From: the human T2T-CHM13v2.0 reference genome, Homo sapiens
Assembly (NCBI RefSeq): GCF_009914755.1
Contig: NC_060938.1
DNA length: 64,000 bases
Reading direction: 5' to 3' (one strand)
Both the position numbers and the translations under genes were made by a program. A model generated the notes under the pieces. The model saw nothing but the letters and a program-made list of their open reading frames with translations, had not been told where the DNA came from and did not search any database. Shown in pieces: positions 17,741-33,061 of this stretch; within the stretch, counting starts at the first letter, position 1; every line of letters starts with the position of its first letter.

Positions 17741-19667
17741 GAGAACGCATTTTGGCAGCAAGACATTTTCTTATTAATGTATTTGTTTATATGGGTAACT
17801 TGCTTATTGAGCAAGTTTTTTTCCCCCTTCCATCATTGCTTCTAGATGAACTATGTTGGTTCTCCTTTTTCTGTCCCGTAACAGTATCTTGGGCAGATCT
17901 TCTAGTATTCCTGTTGCTTTAGCTTATTAAAGGCCCAGCCCCATCTAGGCTGGTCCATCTAACCAAGACTAACCATTTCCCTTCCCCAGGCAGGGTCTGG
18001 ATTTGGCCCAGGGGAGTGGGGAGGGGTGTAGTTTGCCCCTGTACCCCCACTCCTCTCTCTCTCTCCTCCTCCTTTTCTCTCCCCTTTTCTCTTCTTTCAC
18101 ACAGATGGGGAGGGAGAGCTTTCAGGAAAGTCCCTGTCAGCTGTGGCCATTTCTTCTCTGGCTATGAATGTTCCCGGCATGATGGCGTTCAGATGCTAAC
18201 TCTCTTGTGGGTTCACCACAGGGCCACCTCGCACCACTGTTCCCTGATGTGAGAGGTCCCTTCAGCTCTATATCTCTCACCCCACCACTCAGCCACTGCC
18301 CCAACCTCCACCCAACAGCCTACCGACTGTGGGTCTGCACAGCTGCAGGCCTCCCTCTTGGGAGGACATGGACAAGACAGCTCAAGGACATGCACCTTCC
18401 GCCATGTCCACCTGACCCATGGGCAACGACTGCTGGGTGCCCCAAGGAGTCCCTGCCCTGTCTGTCTCTGCCTCTTCAATCCTGCCCTCCCCCAACCTCC
18501 CTGTCCAGATGGCGCGTGGGCTGATCTCAACAGCAAATCCAGATCCAGGGAGAGGAGGGGAGGGAGTCAGCACCCCAGGACTCCAGTGACCCATCTCCCT
18601 CTCTCTTCCTTCCCCTGTCCTGGTCTTCTGCTTATGGAGACTGAGGAAGGGGGTGCTGGGAGATTTGGGGGCATAGCAGAATTGCTTTAACCATCTCTTA
18701 ATAAATCCTGTAGGCAAATGGGCCTAGTCTCAAATGGTTCCTTTGTTTTAGAATATGGGGTACTCAAGGCCCTTTTTCCTTAGCTCTGAGTCCGGCCACC
18801 CATTCGAGCAGCAGAAAAGGCCCACCCAGTACCCTCTGGCACTAGAGCATGGGCTGTCTCTCCCCTCGCATGTGTGGTCCACGAGAGCAGGGTCCTGTGT
18901 GTCTGTCCCCACTGGATCCTGGATGCCTAGTCAGTGTCTAGGACACAGAGGGTGCTCCACAAATAGATGACAAGCAAATCCCTCTAGGACCTAAATGGCT
19001 GGAACGGCTGCCAATATAGTCAAGTAGGCCAGCTGGCTCCTTCCTACCCATTCCTGCTGCGAGGCTCCTGCCCACGGATGTGGAGTTTTGCTTCTGGCTT
19101 CCAGGAGCTTTTCTGGTTTCTGTCTTGCTCTCTACAGGGGTCACTGGCCTGGGTCGGGAGGCTGCCCGCCATGTGGGTGACCTTATGGAGCCAAAAGCCT
19201 TGAAGATGCTACCGGGCCTGGGTTGGGGTCCTCAGGGCTGAGCTAGAGGCCTGGCCAGTGGGAGGGGATGGGTGCTCTTCCCAGTTCACAGTGGGTCAAA
19301 GGCAACAGCTCAGAACAGCTGCAGCTAAAGAGAGGAGAGGCAGGAGAGGAAGTGCATTTCTTTGGCAAAGTATGTCTCCTGGGGCTGACTCACACCCGTC
19401 TATGACCACAGCCAGAAGCACATTCTGACCAGCGTGTCCTGCAGAGTCCCCAGGCCTCGGTGAACAGGGCACCAAGGACAGCTGCCTCAGCAGGGCCACC
19501 CCACTCCGCTGGACATCCCCAGCTCCCCTCAAAGCCCCAGGCAGGCCCCTGTGCCCCTGGGTCCCTGTGGGTTTCTCCTCAGCAGCCTCAAATGAGGAAG
19601 TGAGGCTGAGGAGAGAATGGGGGAACTTCTCTTCCCCCAATACATATAGCAGCATATAACATCAAAG

Positions 19668-19680
19668 ACACAGACACACA

Positions 19681-19719
<39 letters not shown>
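19668..19719. repeat. (CA)n microsatellite, imperfect at the left end
   Basis: Direct reading. Confidence 0.95.
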
Positions 19720-19721
<2 letters not shown>

Positions 19722-19732
19722 CTTGCAGGTCA

Positions 19733-20212
<480 letters not shown>

Positions 20213-20944
20213 CTATACGTGCTGCCGTTCAGCGCCCTGAGACCCAGCCCAGGATGTCTATCAGGAGGGCCGGAGGAGTTCGGGAGTCCTTGCGGCACTG
20301 GGCTGGGGCAGCCCTAAGCCCTGGGAGAGGAGGAGATTGTGCTCTTGATGCTGTTAAAAAGTGGCTGGGACCAGCCTCTCCTCAACTTTGGAAACAAAAC
20401 TACATCTTGGGAGCTCCTCGTTAGGGAAGGGGCGACCCCAGGGTGCTGTAGAAGCAGGTTGGGCGACCTCCGGGGCAGCCTTGAAGTGGCCTCCACAGGA
20501 ACAGTCTCCAGTGACCACCCAGGGCCACCGAGACTTGAGCCTGGGCCCCAGTAGAAATGTGTCAAAGCCAGAAGAGCCATCTAGCCAGGCCCCTCAGGTC
20601 AGAGATGAAACGTGAAGGCAGAGGGAAGCCCAGTGCCACTCGGTGAGTTATAGACAAAGCCAGGCCTCTGACCCCCGCTTCAGTGCTCTTAACTCTCCAT
20701 CAGCCATTTCACCTTCTTGGGCCTAAGTGTCCTCAGCTGTCAAAAGGAGGAAGGAAGGAGCAAGCTAACATGTTGTCGTGAGCTGTGACATGCCCTCTCG
20801 TCGACTGAGCGAGGCTTTTGAGATAAGGAAACTGAGGCTCGGAGAAGGTGCTGTGCTCTTCCTGTTACACCCCGATCCCTGGGTCTGTCTGGCTTCCGTT
20901 CCCGGCTGACACTCACTGCCCCGGAAGACACACCCACTAGATCA

Positions 20945-21820
20945 GCGTTTCCACACTAGAATACTTTATTCAAGAGAATCTGGCTTGGCAGTCAGATGGC
21001 CCTGCAGGGACAGCTTGTGGGGGTGCCAGGGCCCTTGGGGAACCTGCTCCCCTGCCACTGCCTTCAGCTGGGACGCACAGGCTCCTCCCCTGGTGACCTC
21101 ATCCCCACTGGCTGAGCTGTTTCTCATCCAGGCAGCTCTTTCTCCAGCCCGGGGCCCACTCTGTATGTGTCTCTTAGGGGGGGCAGGGTGGTGGCACCTT
21201 GGCCGGAAAGAACAATGTCCCAGTACAAGCAAATGGCAAAGTGTGAGGGGAGATCACGGGGGACAAGGAGTGGCAAAAGCCCCCAGGCAACCACTGTTCT
21301 CCAGAGCTGAATGTTCTGATCTTCAGAAGAAGAGGGGGAAGTGGCTGGATCCCCTCCGCCCGCTGCCGGCCTTCCCACCAGCCAGGCCGTGGCGGCCCCA
21401 GCAGGATCCGCATCCCTACTTTTGGACAGGAGCTCCGAAAGCAAGGGCTGCTTGACTGTGCAGAGCCTGAGGCCCAAGAACAGGTAGCAGGGCCCCCTTC
21501 TTTCCTTCTGCAGGCCCCTGGAGACCTCCAGGGCCTCTGGGGCCTAGCTTGCCCCTCACGAGGCCACGTGTCTTGCTTCTTTCAAAGCGGAAGCTCCCAG
21601 GGGTCTGTGGCTGGCTTCTCTCTTTCTCTCACGTTGTTGAAGGCACTGAATTCCTGAGGGTCCTGTCCTTCCCTGCCCCTCGTCTTGAAGGGAGCGAGGC
21701 ATTCAGCAGGGAAACAGTTGGCTAATAAATAGAGGGCAGGTACCAGCAGGAGTCACTGAAGAGTGTGACGGTAATAAATACACGAGCCGGGTGCGGGGTC
21801 TCTCTCCTCCAAGGGGTGGG
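20945..21820 (-). other. PGF: PGF 3' UTR
   Basis: Lies between the stop codon and the poly(A) signal. Two UAUUUAUUA elements at 21772-21780 and 21723-21731. Confidence 0.88.
20965..20970 (-). terminator. PGF: PGF polyadenylation signal AATAAA
   Basis: tttatt on the plus strand. GU-rich downstream element (gtgggtgtgtctt) at about 20925-20937. Confidence 0.88.
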
Positions 21821-21848
21821 TTACCTCCGGGGAACAGCATCGCCGCAC
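21821..21848 (-). CDS. PGF: PGF exon 7 coding part (CGDAVPRR*)
   Basis: Acceptor tggcag|, TAA at 21823-21821. Exon sum 75+43+197+77+30+63+28 = 513 nt = 170 aa plus stop. Confidence 0.96.
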
Positions 21849-22249
21849 CTGCCAGAGACCAAGCACAGACGGGGCGGGTATCAGCACACTGTGGAGGGTG
21901 CGGTCTCCTCCTATGGAGGAGGGGGCAGGCCCAGAGGAGGAGCTTGGGCAGGGAGCATGGGGAGGGCGCAGTGCTCCTGGGTCCCTGCTTGCTTCAAGCT
22001 GAGGAGAAGCTGGGAGCTACCCTTCACCAAACACTTACCCATGTGCCCAGCCCTGTGCCAAGCACTGTCTTCTTAACCCTCAACAACCTTCCACGAGGAA
22101 GGCACCCTGATTATTCTTGTGAAGATTAGGAAACTGAGGCCCAGAGAGGTGAAGAAGCTTGCCTGTGGTCACACGGCCAGTCGGTGACAGAGCCACATTT
22201 GAACCTAATCACACTCCATGCAATCATGCCTCTGATTACCCTAAGACAG

Positions 22250-23660
<1,411 letters not shown>

Positions 23661-23667
23661 CTTATAC

Positions 23668-24366
<699 letters not shown>

Positions 24367-25327
24367 TGAAATGTCTGAAGACTGCTGCCTTGGGAACAGG
24401 AGCCACGGGACACTTTCTGCCTCCGGCTGCCGGCGGGTAACTCGGGCCTGGATGGACTTCCCTGCCAGCTTGTTTCCCAAATTGCCGCGCGGGCCCAGAA
24501 AAGAGATGAAAGCATAAACCCCTAGGGGGCGCAGTCCCCAGGATCCCTGTCTTCATGGAGTGGGGCTCATGGGGTCAGGGCTTGGGTCAACTCCACTCCA
24601 TAGCACGAAATGACTTCCTGGAGTCACGTGCGTGGGGGAGGCTTAGCCCCTGAAGGAGAGCCACCTCTCTTCAGTGACTGATTGACTGTGCACGTGAAAT
24701 ATTTTATTTTTTCTATTTACTCTCACAGATTTGGGTTTTCCCTCCTCTCATCCTTCTCTCCCAGCCACACTCAGGCCTGGGGCTCCATTCTGCTGCCCAC
24801 AAGGTACGAAGTGGGTTAGAAGCAGCAAGGGGACCCACAGGCAAAAATACTCCTGGGAGACAGTGGCGAGGGGCACATGTTCCCCGGGGCTACTAGGAAG
24901 TGGCCCCAGATAACGTCTCAGCTGATGACAGACTTTTAATCACTAAAAGGTAAACACTAATGTGCAGGAATCCTGTTTGTTTGCTCACAGATGTACCTGA
25001 CACACAGTAAGTGCTCAGTAAATGTTTGTAGAGTGACTGAATGTTTGCTGGACCTCCTGCCCCTCATTCTACACAGAGAAAAGCTAGGCTGACAAAGGTG
25101 AAATGATTTGTTGAAGGTCAATGGAAACCTAGGGCTAAGCCGGGACAAAAACCAAGGTCCACTGATGCTTCCTGGGCCCTAGAGTCTTGAGGAGGTGCAG
25201 CTCCCTGTTCTGCCCCCAAGACTGGCCTCAGTCCTGCCTCTCCCCCTCCCCAACCTAACCCTGGCGGCAAGGCGGGGCTCCCCTCGGGCCCAGCCTCCTC
25301 GCCATCCCTGGGACCCCGCGCACTCAC

Positions 25328-25390
25328 AGGTGGCAGTCTGTGGGTCTCTGCTTCTCTCTCCTCCTCTTCCCCCTGCCCTTGGGTCTCCTC
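25328..25390 (-). CDS. PGF: PGF exon 6, basic heparin/neuropilin-binding segment of PlGF-2/4 (RRPKGRGKRRREKQRPTDCHL)
   Basis: 63 nt. Acceptor ttgcag|, donor CCT|GTGAGT. The intron from exon 5 is 103 nt. Confidence 0.95.
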
Positions 25391-25493
25391 CTGCAATAAG
25401 CCAAGCGTCAGGACAAGGTGGCTGGGGAACCCCATGCTAGGACAGAGGCTGGCAGGCCCGAGAATAGCCCCGAGCCCCAGCCAAACCACTTAC

Positions 25494-25523
25494 CTTTCCG
25501 GCTTCATCTTCTCCCGCAGAGGC
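25494..25523 (-). CDS. PGF: PGF exon 5 (PLREKMKPER)
   Basis: 30 nt. Acceptor ccctag|, donor AAG|GTAAGT. Confidence 0.96.
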
Positions 25524-25847
25524 CTAGGGAAACAGACAGAGAGAGGGGCAGAGGAACGTTAGGAAAGCAATAAGTGGGGCTCCCTGCCGCCCGGACAGGT
25601 CCCCTCCGACATCCCCAGTCCTGGTCCTGCAGCTGACACTGAGGCCACTAGGGGGTAGCATGGAGTTGGCAAGGGAGAGGTGGCCAGAGCCTCAAGGCTT
25701 CACTCCCACTCCAGGCTCTGGTGACCCCACCACGAGAGGGACAAATCAACCTCCTGGGGACCCCTGCCACCCGCTTCTGCACTTCTCAGCCTCTTGGCAT
25801 CAAATTTGGTTGTTTCTGTCTGTTCTCTGTTGCTTTTTCTTTCTCAC

Positions 25848-26063
25848 TTTCTTTGCTGCTTTTTTCCGTTCCTTCCAGGGTGCATTCTGGGAATTTCCTC
25901 AGGGACAGGAGATGATGGCCAGACAGCGGACTGGCTGCCTGTCAGGGCACAGCCCCACTCCATCCGGAACAACATGGGGAGTGAGCGACGGGGTGGGAGG
26001 AAGGAGGGAGCATCAGCCCTGAAGTCACCAGGCATGTCTGGGCTCTGCCTCCCAGGGCTGTGG
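25848..26063 (-). CDS. PGF: PGF cassette exon 4b, 72-aa insert of PlGF-3/PlGF-4 (HSPGRQSPDMPGDFRADAP...GKKQQRK)
   Basis: 216 nt, frame-preserving. Pyrimidine tract plus caacag| acceptor, donor AA|GTGAGA. The translation matches the remembered PlGF-3 insert. Confidence 0.88.
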
Positions 26064-26629
26064 CTGTTGGCCCAGAAGCAAGAAGAAAGGTGTCCCTGTT
26101 GCCTGGCCCCTGGCAGGGGATAGGGCCTCAGTCTTCACTGGGAACAGTGGGTAGAGACATGGGACAGCATGGTAGCAGTCAGCTTTGGGGCCAGGACATG
26201 CTACCCTCAGCTGGTTCCTCCCTTGGGAGCCAGGGCAAGGTACCAGGGCCTCTTGGGACTGTCTGGTTGTACCTCTCCATATTGGGCAAGTGACAGACAC
26301 TCTTGGAACCTCAGTCTCTTCATCTGCCTGCCCCAAAAGAGTGGCTGTCAGGGCAAAGGGGATGGAGAAGGTGACTCTGGGTCACCACCCAGCATTGCAC
26401 CCAGGAGGGTTCATTACCGAGCTCTTGTTATATGGCTAAGCTCTGGCTTGGAGGGATGGGTGGAAACAAGTTGAGGCAGGGTCTCCAACACTCCAACAAA
26501 AGGGGCAGCCATAGCCCTGCCCAGGAGGCAAGGCTAAGCCTGGGGGCTATTAGAAAAGTGGTCATGGCCATGAAAGGTAGCCTGAAAAACGAAGGCTTAC
26601 GAGTTAGGTCAGGGCCCAGAATCCCTCCT

Positions 26630-26825
26630 CCCACACTCACTAGCTGTGATAAATCATGAAACTGTATTGAGCCTTGATTTTCTCATCTGTAAAATGGGGA
26701 TGACAATAGGGCCTACCTCCCAGGGTTGTTATGAGAGCAGGAACCTTGCTCACCACTGCATCCCATCAGGACAATGCCTGGCATGTGGTAGGTGCTCAAT
26801 AAATGTATGTGACTAAATGAGAAAC
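26630..26825. mobile_element. MIR plus L2 end in PGF intron 4
   Basis: ttttctcatctgtaaaatgggg and gtgctcaataaatg. Confidence 0.7.
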
Positions 26826-27621
26826 ATTCAAGTGCCTCCTGCGGGGCTAGGCACAGAATAGGTACACAATAAGTGGTAGTCTTCCCTCCTGCCGCCCCTG
26901 GCTAGGGCTCTGGACTTCTAGTCTGGTGCCTTCATCCATGGCCCAGTAGTACCAGGAGCAGCAGCTCAGCCCATTTCTCTCTTCCCTGAACCTAGCTGGC
27001 AGTGCCAGGCCTGTTGCTCCTGCTAACCAATGTTCCAAGTGCCCCCAGCACAGGCAGCAAGACTGGTGCTGGTCAGAGGCTCTGTGGATTGGGAGGGGCC
27101 GTAGAGGGGTGCTGCAACATCAAGGAAGCCACAGTGTCACTCTTCTTCTGCCCCTTTTCTCCTACCCGAGCTTGTCCTTCTTGCTGCTTCTCAGCCCCGT
27201 TTGCCCGCTCCTGTGGGCACACAGCTTGGCCCAGAACGAAGTTCAGACTTGCAATGTCTTTGCCTCCAGGCACCTCTTTCAGAGGCCCGTGGCAGCTGCC
27301 TCCCATCCCAGAGAAGGGGAACGACACGCACCGAACCCCTGCGAGGCTGGGAGGGACCCACCCTCTCTCTTCCCTTGCAGTATCTCAACAGCTGTACCCC
27401 AGCTGCTGGGACCAGCTCCCTTGGCAAAACTGGCTGGTGGGGGGACAAAATGAATGGTAGCCACCCCTGGTCCTGCCCTCTTGGTCTCCCTCAGTCTGGA
27501 AAAAAGTTCAGCCCGCAGCGGGGATGGGCAGCCTTTGCCTCTGCCCTGGGACCCATCTTTGCTGAGGCTGCCAAGAGGACGGGGGCCTTTCCTTGCTACC
27601 CACCCCACCCCGGAGACCTAC

Positions 27622-27698
27622 CGGCATTCGCAGCGAACGTGCTGAGAGAACGTCAGCTCCACGTAGGAGGGCCGGTCCCCAGAACGGATCTTTAGGAG
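27622..27698 (-). CDS. PGF: PGF exon 4 (LLKIRSGDRPSYVELTFSQHVRCECR)
   Basis: 77 nt. Acceptor cttcag|, donor CCG|GTAGGT. Ends in the CEC motif. Confidence 0.97.
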
Positions 27699-27934
27699 CT
27701 GAAGGAAGAAAGAGTTGATGCCTGGATTGGGGAGTGGCCCACGAGTTTCCGGCACTCTTCTCTCTCTCCTTGTAAGGAGAACCCGACTCTGTTTCCTGCT
27801 AGCCTGTGGACTACAGGCCCTCACTCCACTCTGAACGTGGGGCAAACAGCTCTCTCAGCTGCATGGGGATCTGAGGGAGGCCCCTGTCCCTCCCTGCCCG
27901 GGAGCACTAGCACAGCAATAGCACAGGAAGGGGG

Positions 27935-28135
27935 CTCATGTTCTGGAGTCAGAGAGACCCGTGTTCAGATCTTGACTCTTTTACCTGCTGAACAAGTGAA
28001 ATAACATCTCTGAACCTTGAGTTCCCCATCCGTGAAATGGGAATGACACCAGCCTTGAAGGATTGAATGACACACCACTTGTGGCACGCCTAGGACAGTG
28101 CTTGGCATTACTCAGTAAGTGCTCAGTAAACCACT
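27935..28135. mobile_element. MIR in PGF intron 3
   Basis: ctggagtcaga...ctctgaacctt...catccgtgaaatggg...taagtgctcagtaaa. Confidence 0.7.
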
Positions 28136-28471
28136 GCGTGTGTGACATGTAAGCTGCACTTGCTTGAAAAGGGACCAAATGCTCCTGGTGTCAACAGGGA
28201 CTTTATACAAGCAGATTTCTTTCCAGCTTTAACTAGACACCCTGAGTCTTGGGATAGGACTCAGCGTGAGGCTGAGAATGCTGGTGGGGGTGGAGATGAG
28301 TGGGCTCAGAGCCATCGGAGGGCTTAGGAAGAAGAGGCCCTGGGCTGGGGTGGTAGGAGCACTGGCCTGGGAGTCAGGCTCCAGCCCTGGGACCTGGGCC
28401 TATCTTCTTCCCTCTCCAGGTACCTTCTAGTGGGCAGATTCGGTGGCCCCCTGGGCAGGGTATGGACCTAC

Positions 28472-28668
28472 CTGCATGGTGACATTGGCCGTCTCCACCG
28501 GCACACAGTGCAGATTCTCATCGCCGCAGCAGCCGGTGCAGCGCAGCAGGGAGACACAGGATGGGCTGAACATGTGCTCCACCTCGCTGGGGTACTCGGA
28601 CACGACGTCCACCAGCCTCTCCAGCGCCCGGCAGTAGCTGCGGCCCCACACTTCCTGGAAGGGTACCA
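28472..28668 (-). CDS. PGF: PGF exon 3, VEGF/PDGF cystine-knot core (VPFQEVWGRSYC...ANVTMQ)
   Basis: 197 nt. Acceptor tcgcag|, donor CAG|GTAGGT. Carries the PSCVSLLRCTGCC family signature. Confidence 0.98.
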
Positions 28669-31600
28669 CTGCGAGGAAGCAAGGGGGCTGGGTCAGGCCA
28701 GCAGAGACCTGCCCCTTGAAGCCCTAAACCTGGCTCCCAAGGCCCTGCTGGCCTTCCAGGTTCAGCCCCCAGCCCCATCCGAGCTCCCTCAACTCTGAAC
28801 TCCTAATGTGATCCCTCCGAAATGCCTGCGGGCCCCTTAGCTCATCTGCTGGATGGAAATCCCCATGGAACAGAATCTCTCAGGGTCCCAAGCTTTGCTC
28901 TGTCCTCAACTCAGGCACCCACGTCTGCCTTGGCTCCCTGGAGCTTTGAGGATTGTAGCCCCGGCAGCTACCCAGGCCCTCTGGATCTTTCTCAAGCCTG
29001 ACCCGGTGCTTCCTCCAACTTGGAGAACTTGCAGAAAACAGTCATTCCTGGAGTCATGCAGGGAGGGTTGGCCTTCCCTTATTCCTCTGCTCAAACACCT
29101 TCCACGGCTCCCTCATTTCCTGCCCCACTCTGTGCCAGCTCCTCTGCCTGGCAACCAAGACCACATCCAGCAATGTGGCCCGACCCTCCTCTCCACTGAG
29201 TCCAACCAGCGCTCACACTGAGCCACGGCAGCACCACATTCACTCCCAGCTCTGGCTTGTGCACTCTGCAGCCCGTACAGCTGCTCTTCTTCCCCCTCCT
29301 CTCATTTCTATCCAAATAAAGTCCACCCGCCATTTTCCACGACCTGCCTCCCCACCTCCTCTTTGAAGACTTCCCCAGCAATTCCAGTGCACACAGATGA
29401 GCCTCCCTTGAGCACTGCTTGGCCTCTGGCCTCAAGGGGTTGCCTTATCTCCGGCACTGCTTGCTCTTATCTCCTTTACAACCAACTCGAGGCTCCATGA
29501 GGGCAGAGATGGACGTACCCGTAAACACAGGCTAAGTCACTCCTGGTTGATTAGATGACATTTCACTGAGGATCATCCGGGTCATCCCTGACCTCACGAT
29601 GTCCTGGCGATCGTGAATGGGATCTTTTGGGGGCTGATCTGGAATCCCTCAAAAGATGCTGCTCTTTCGGGGGAAGGCCTAGGACCAGGCCCCAAATAGA
29701 GGCTCACAGGGAGAGTGGCCAGAGTCAGACACCTGGCTTCCAGTCCTGGCCCTACACTGGCTATGTGACCTTGGGGAGATCACTTAACCTTTCTGGATAG
29801 ATCAGTTTCCTCAGGTGGGAAAAAAGAAGGTTGGGAATAAATGGTTGCTAAGGTCTTTCCCTCTCTGACCAACCGCCTGTGAATCAGTGCCTGCAACCCA
29901 GCCCAGCCCAGAGACCATGGACAGAGAAACACCCCCAGGCCTGGGTCATCCTGCTCTGCATCTGATGGTCATCCTCAGCTAGTGGGGAAGAATGGGGAGC
30001 TGGGGGTCCTGCAGCCTCTGCCATGGAACAATGGCCTCTCCCAGCAACCCCTCATTTCTTCCATGCCTCTGCCTAGGAGGCAGAAGGGGCCAAAGTCCAT
30101 TCCACTGAGCCTATGAGGACATGAGCCTCCTGGTAATCTCGGAAGAAAAATAAACTTCAGTCCTAGCAGAGGCCCTCGGGAAAGGCTGCAAACTGGTGGA
30201 AAATACCCAGAGGCGGTGTGTCCATGTGGAGCTGGCTAGGCAGTCATAGAGGCAATAAACAGTGTTATCTGCTTGTTTGCTGCTCCATTCTGCTCCATTC
30301 TGCCGTGCTCTGCTTAGAGGGCACTAGGGCCTAGGGGCTGGTGGTGGGGGGAATCCATAGGCCTCCTCTGACTCTACCACTCCGCGCCACTGGATACTGC
30401 CCCGGAACCCAGTGGGAAACAAGGCCTCTCTCCCCAAAGGCGCCCAAAGTGCAGGGAAGCCTGCCTTTGCAATCCTGGGTCAGAGAGCACCTCCCTATCA
30501 CCAGCTCCTTGAGCTGTGTGTTTAGTTTAAAATCTTCATGAGCACTACGTGACTCTGAACGTTTAATCTCCACCTTGGAAAACATAAATAACAGCAGAGG
30601 AATAATGAGCTGCCAAAGCACCACAGAAGACTCAGGTTCCTGCCCTGGGACCAGCCGTCAGCGAGGGGACAGCAGCAGAGAAGGGGCACCCCAGCCCCCT
30701 CCATCCTGCAAACAGACACCCACCCAGCTGGGCTGCGGGGCCATGGCCACCTTTGGCAGAACTGGCTGGGCCTCGGCAGCAGAAGAAGGGATTTCCTTTC
30801 CTCACCCCACATCCCACCATGCAGGTTCCGGGTCCCTGAAACCCTGGAATCTGCCACTTTCCCAGCCCTGTGGCCGAACTGTGTTGGGGGAGGGCTGAGA
30901 AGGAGGTGGGCTGGAGCCTGGTTTACCTGGCAGCCACCAGGAAAGGGCAATTCATCCCTGAAGGCCCCGCTATGGGTGTGTGGGAGAAACAAAAGGGGCT
31001 GGGTGAGGGGCCGGGCTGAGGGAGTACAGTGACCGCTCCCAGATGTGGGCTGTGTCCCTCAGGAAAGAGCTCTGCTCAGCTGTCCCCGAGAGCACTTCCG
31101 CTGGCCCCAGACCTGCTCCGGGAGGGGGTGGAGGTGAGAGCAACGGGAAGCTGTGGCCCCCTCAGGGCCCCCTCAGGCACTGCCAGGGCTGGGTGGTCCC
31201 CAGGGCTGCTCCTGAGGCTGCAAGTGTGCCCTCAGCTCTCTCGCCAGCCCTGTGAGTGAGCCTCCCACCTGCCTACCTACCACCTGGGATGGGGGAGACC
31301 CCAGGAGAGAAATGCTTAATCCTGAGAGCAAGTTTCTGTGGAGGGCACTGGAGACGGGCCACAGGGCTGGGCAGAGCCACTGGCCACCAGCCCAAGCCCA
31401 CAAGTGTCCTCTCCATGGTCACTGGCAGGGCACACAGACAGCCTGCCACAAGGGACACCCTGCTCATGCCCGCTCAGCCACGGAGCTATTGGGAGCACTT
31501 GGTTCTGCCAGATCCATGAGGAGTGTCTGAGGCTTGGGGCGACCCCCAGGGCCTCTCTGAGCCTCAGGGCCTGCCTGCATCTGTAAAAATGGAGTACAAC

Positions 31601-33018
31601 CCCTTCCTACTTCACAGCCTGTGGTCAAAACAGAATGACAGAAAATGCCTAACATTGTTACCGTGAATAGTAATAGTAAAAATCAATGCCCATGGCTGGC
31701 CATGCTGTCTCTGGCTGTGGTGTTAACAGGTGGGGATGCCATTTTCAGATTTTGAGAGCTGGGGTGCAAAGCTCGTTGTACTTCTCCCGGTCAGATTGCA
31801 GACTCCCTGATTGATAAGTGTGACAGGAGAGCTGACCTAATGAATCTACACTTCCAGGCCTCCCCACCTCAAATCCTGGGTGATATGTACACCCATTTCT
31901 CCTCCCTGGAGTCAGAGGACAAGTCCCTTTTTCAATCTCGGAAAAAGAAGAAACCATAGACATCATGTAGCCAAGGCTCCCATTTTACAGATGAGAAAAC
32001 TGAGGCTAAGGCATCTTTGGTAGCTGTGGCCTGACCTACACTAAAAGCACCAAAAAGGGCATAGTGTGGAGGTAGGGGATGGGTCCTTCCCCAAATCCCA
32101 AGGAGCATAATGTTGTGCTGGTTCCAGAGGCACAGCAAGGGAGGCATCCATGAAGTCAAGGGCAGCTACCTCCTCTACCTGCTCAGGGGTCTAGGGGCCT
32201 AAGCCTTAGGTGTCAGAGTATGGCCAGGCCCGGGAGAGGCGGGCTGCCAGGCAGGCAGCCCAGCAGAGGGTGTTCCCAGCACGCAGATGGCTATCACGCG
32301 TGTGCGTGTGCATGTCCCTACATGCCCACTCTCCCATGGCGCAGGGGAAACCTCAGCGGTGGTGTGTGGCCACTTTGCACGTCTTGGAGAGGCAGGGAGG
32401 GAGGAGCGAGGTAGGGGGCCTGGCATGGGCCTCCTGCCTTCTGTACATATGTCTCTTTGGCAAACGTCTCGTTGCCCTTTGAAGACTCCCTCTTGATGCA
32501 ACCAGGGCGGGGAGTGGAGGGGCCAGGGAGGGCGCGACTATGTTCTGTCTGTTTATAATCAATGGAAACGCATGGTCAGATCCCGGCAGTTCCACCAGGG
32601 CTGGGCTGCTGGGGAGGGCCCCTCACCCATTCCTGATCCTCTTGACTGCCCACTGCATTCAGCTCCCAGACCCCCATTCTGGCCCCTGGCACTCACTCCC
32701 CACCCTGTCCTCCAAGACCCCATCCATACCCTTAAATCATGCTGGGGAAGGGCTCTGAGCCAGCTGGATGAACCCTGGCTATACTGGCCCCAGCCCCACT
32801 CTCCGTGTGCTGGTGACTCCAGCCCACACCTCTCTAGTCTCTGGGTCACCATGAGGGGATCTCTTAGGCCCTGCCAAAGTCATCACCCAGCATGTCTAGC
32901 TTGTAGGCTCTCCCCAGCTTTTATCAACCTGCACCCACGCTTCATGCCACACCTGGGCTTGGGAGAAAGGAAGAGAGGGGCTTGGGGAGCATGCGTACCC
33001 CCAGCCTGGCCAGCTTAC

Positions 33019-33061
33019 CTTCCACCTCTGACGAGCCGTTCCCAGCAGACAAGGCCCACTG
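33019..33061 (-). CDS. PGF: PGF exon 2 (QWALSAGNGSSEVE)
   Basis: 43 nt. Acceptor ccatag|CAG, donor AAG|GTAAGC. Contains an NGS sequon. Confidence 0.96.

Noticed and set aside
21722-21823. VEGF-Ax-like stop-codon readthrough (32 open codons after the PGF stop)
   Set aside because: The stop is UAA without a CUAG-type context, and an open stretch this long is expected by chance. Only ribosome profiling could revive it.
28427-28471. ORF continuing past PGF exon 3 (VGPYPAQGATESAH*)
   Set aside because: Read-through into intron 3 beyond a strong donor; no evidence for a real isoform.
29584-29623. Imperfect hairpin (tcacgat...atcgtga) in PGF intron 2 as a possible miRNA or snoRNA
   Set aside because: The stem is too short for a pre-miRNA and there is no convincing C/D or H/ACA arrangement.
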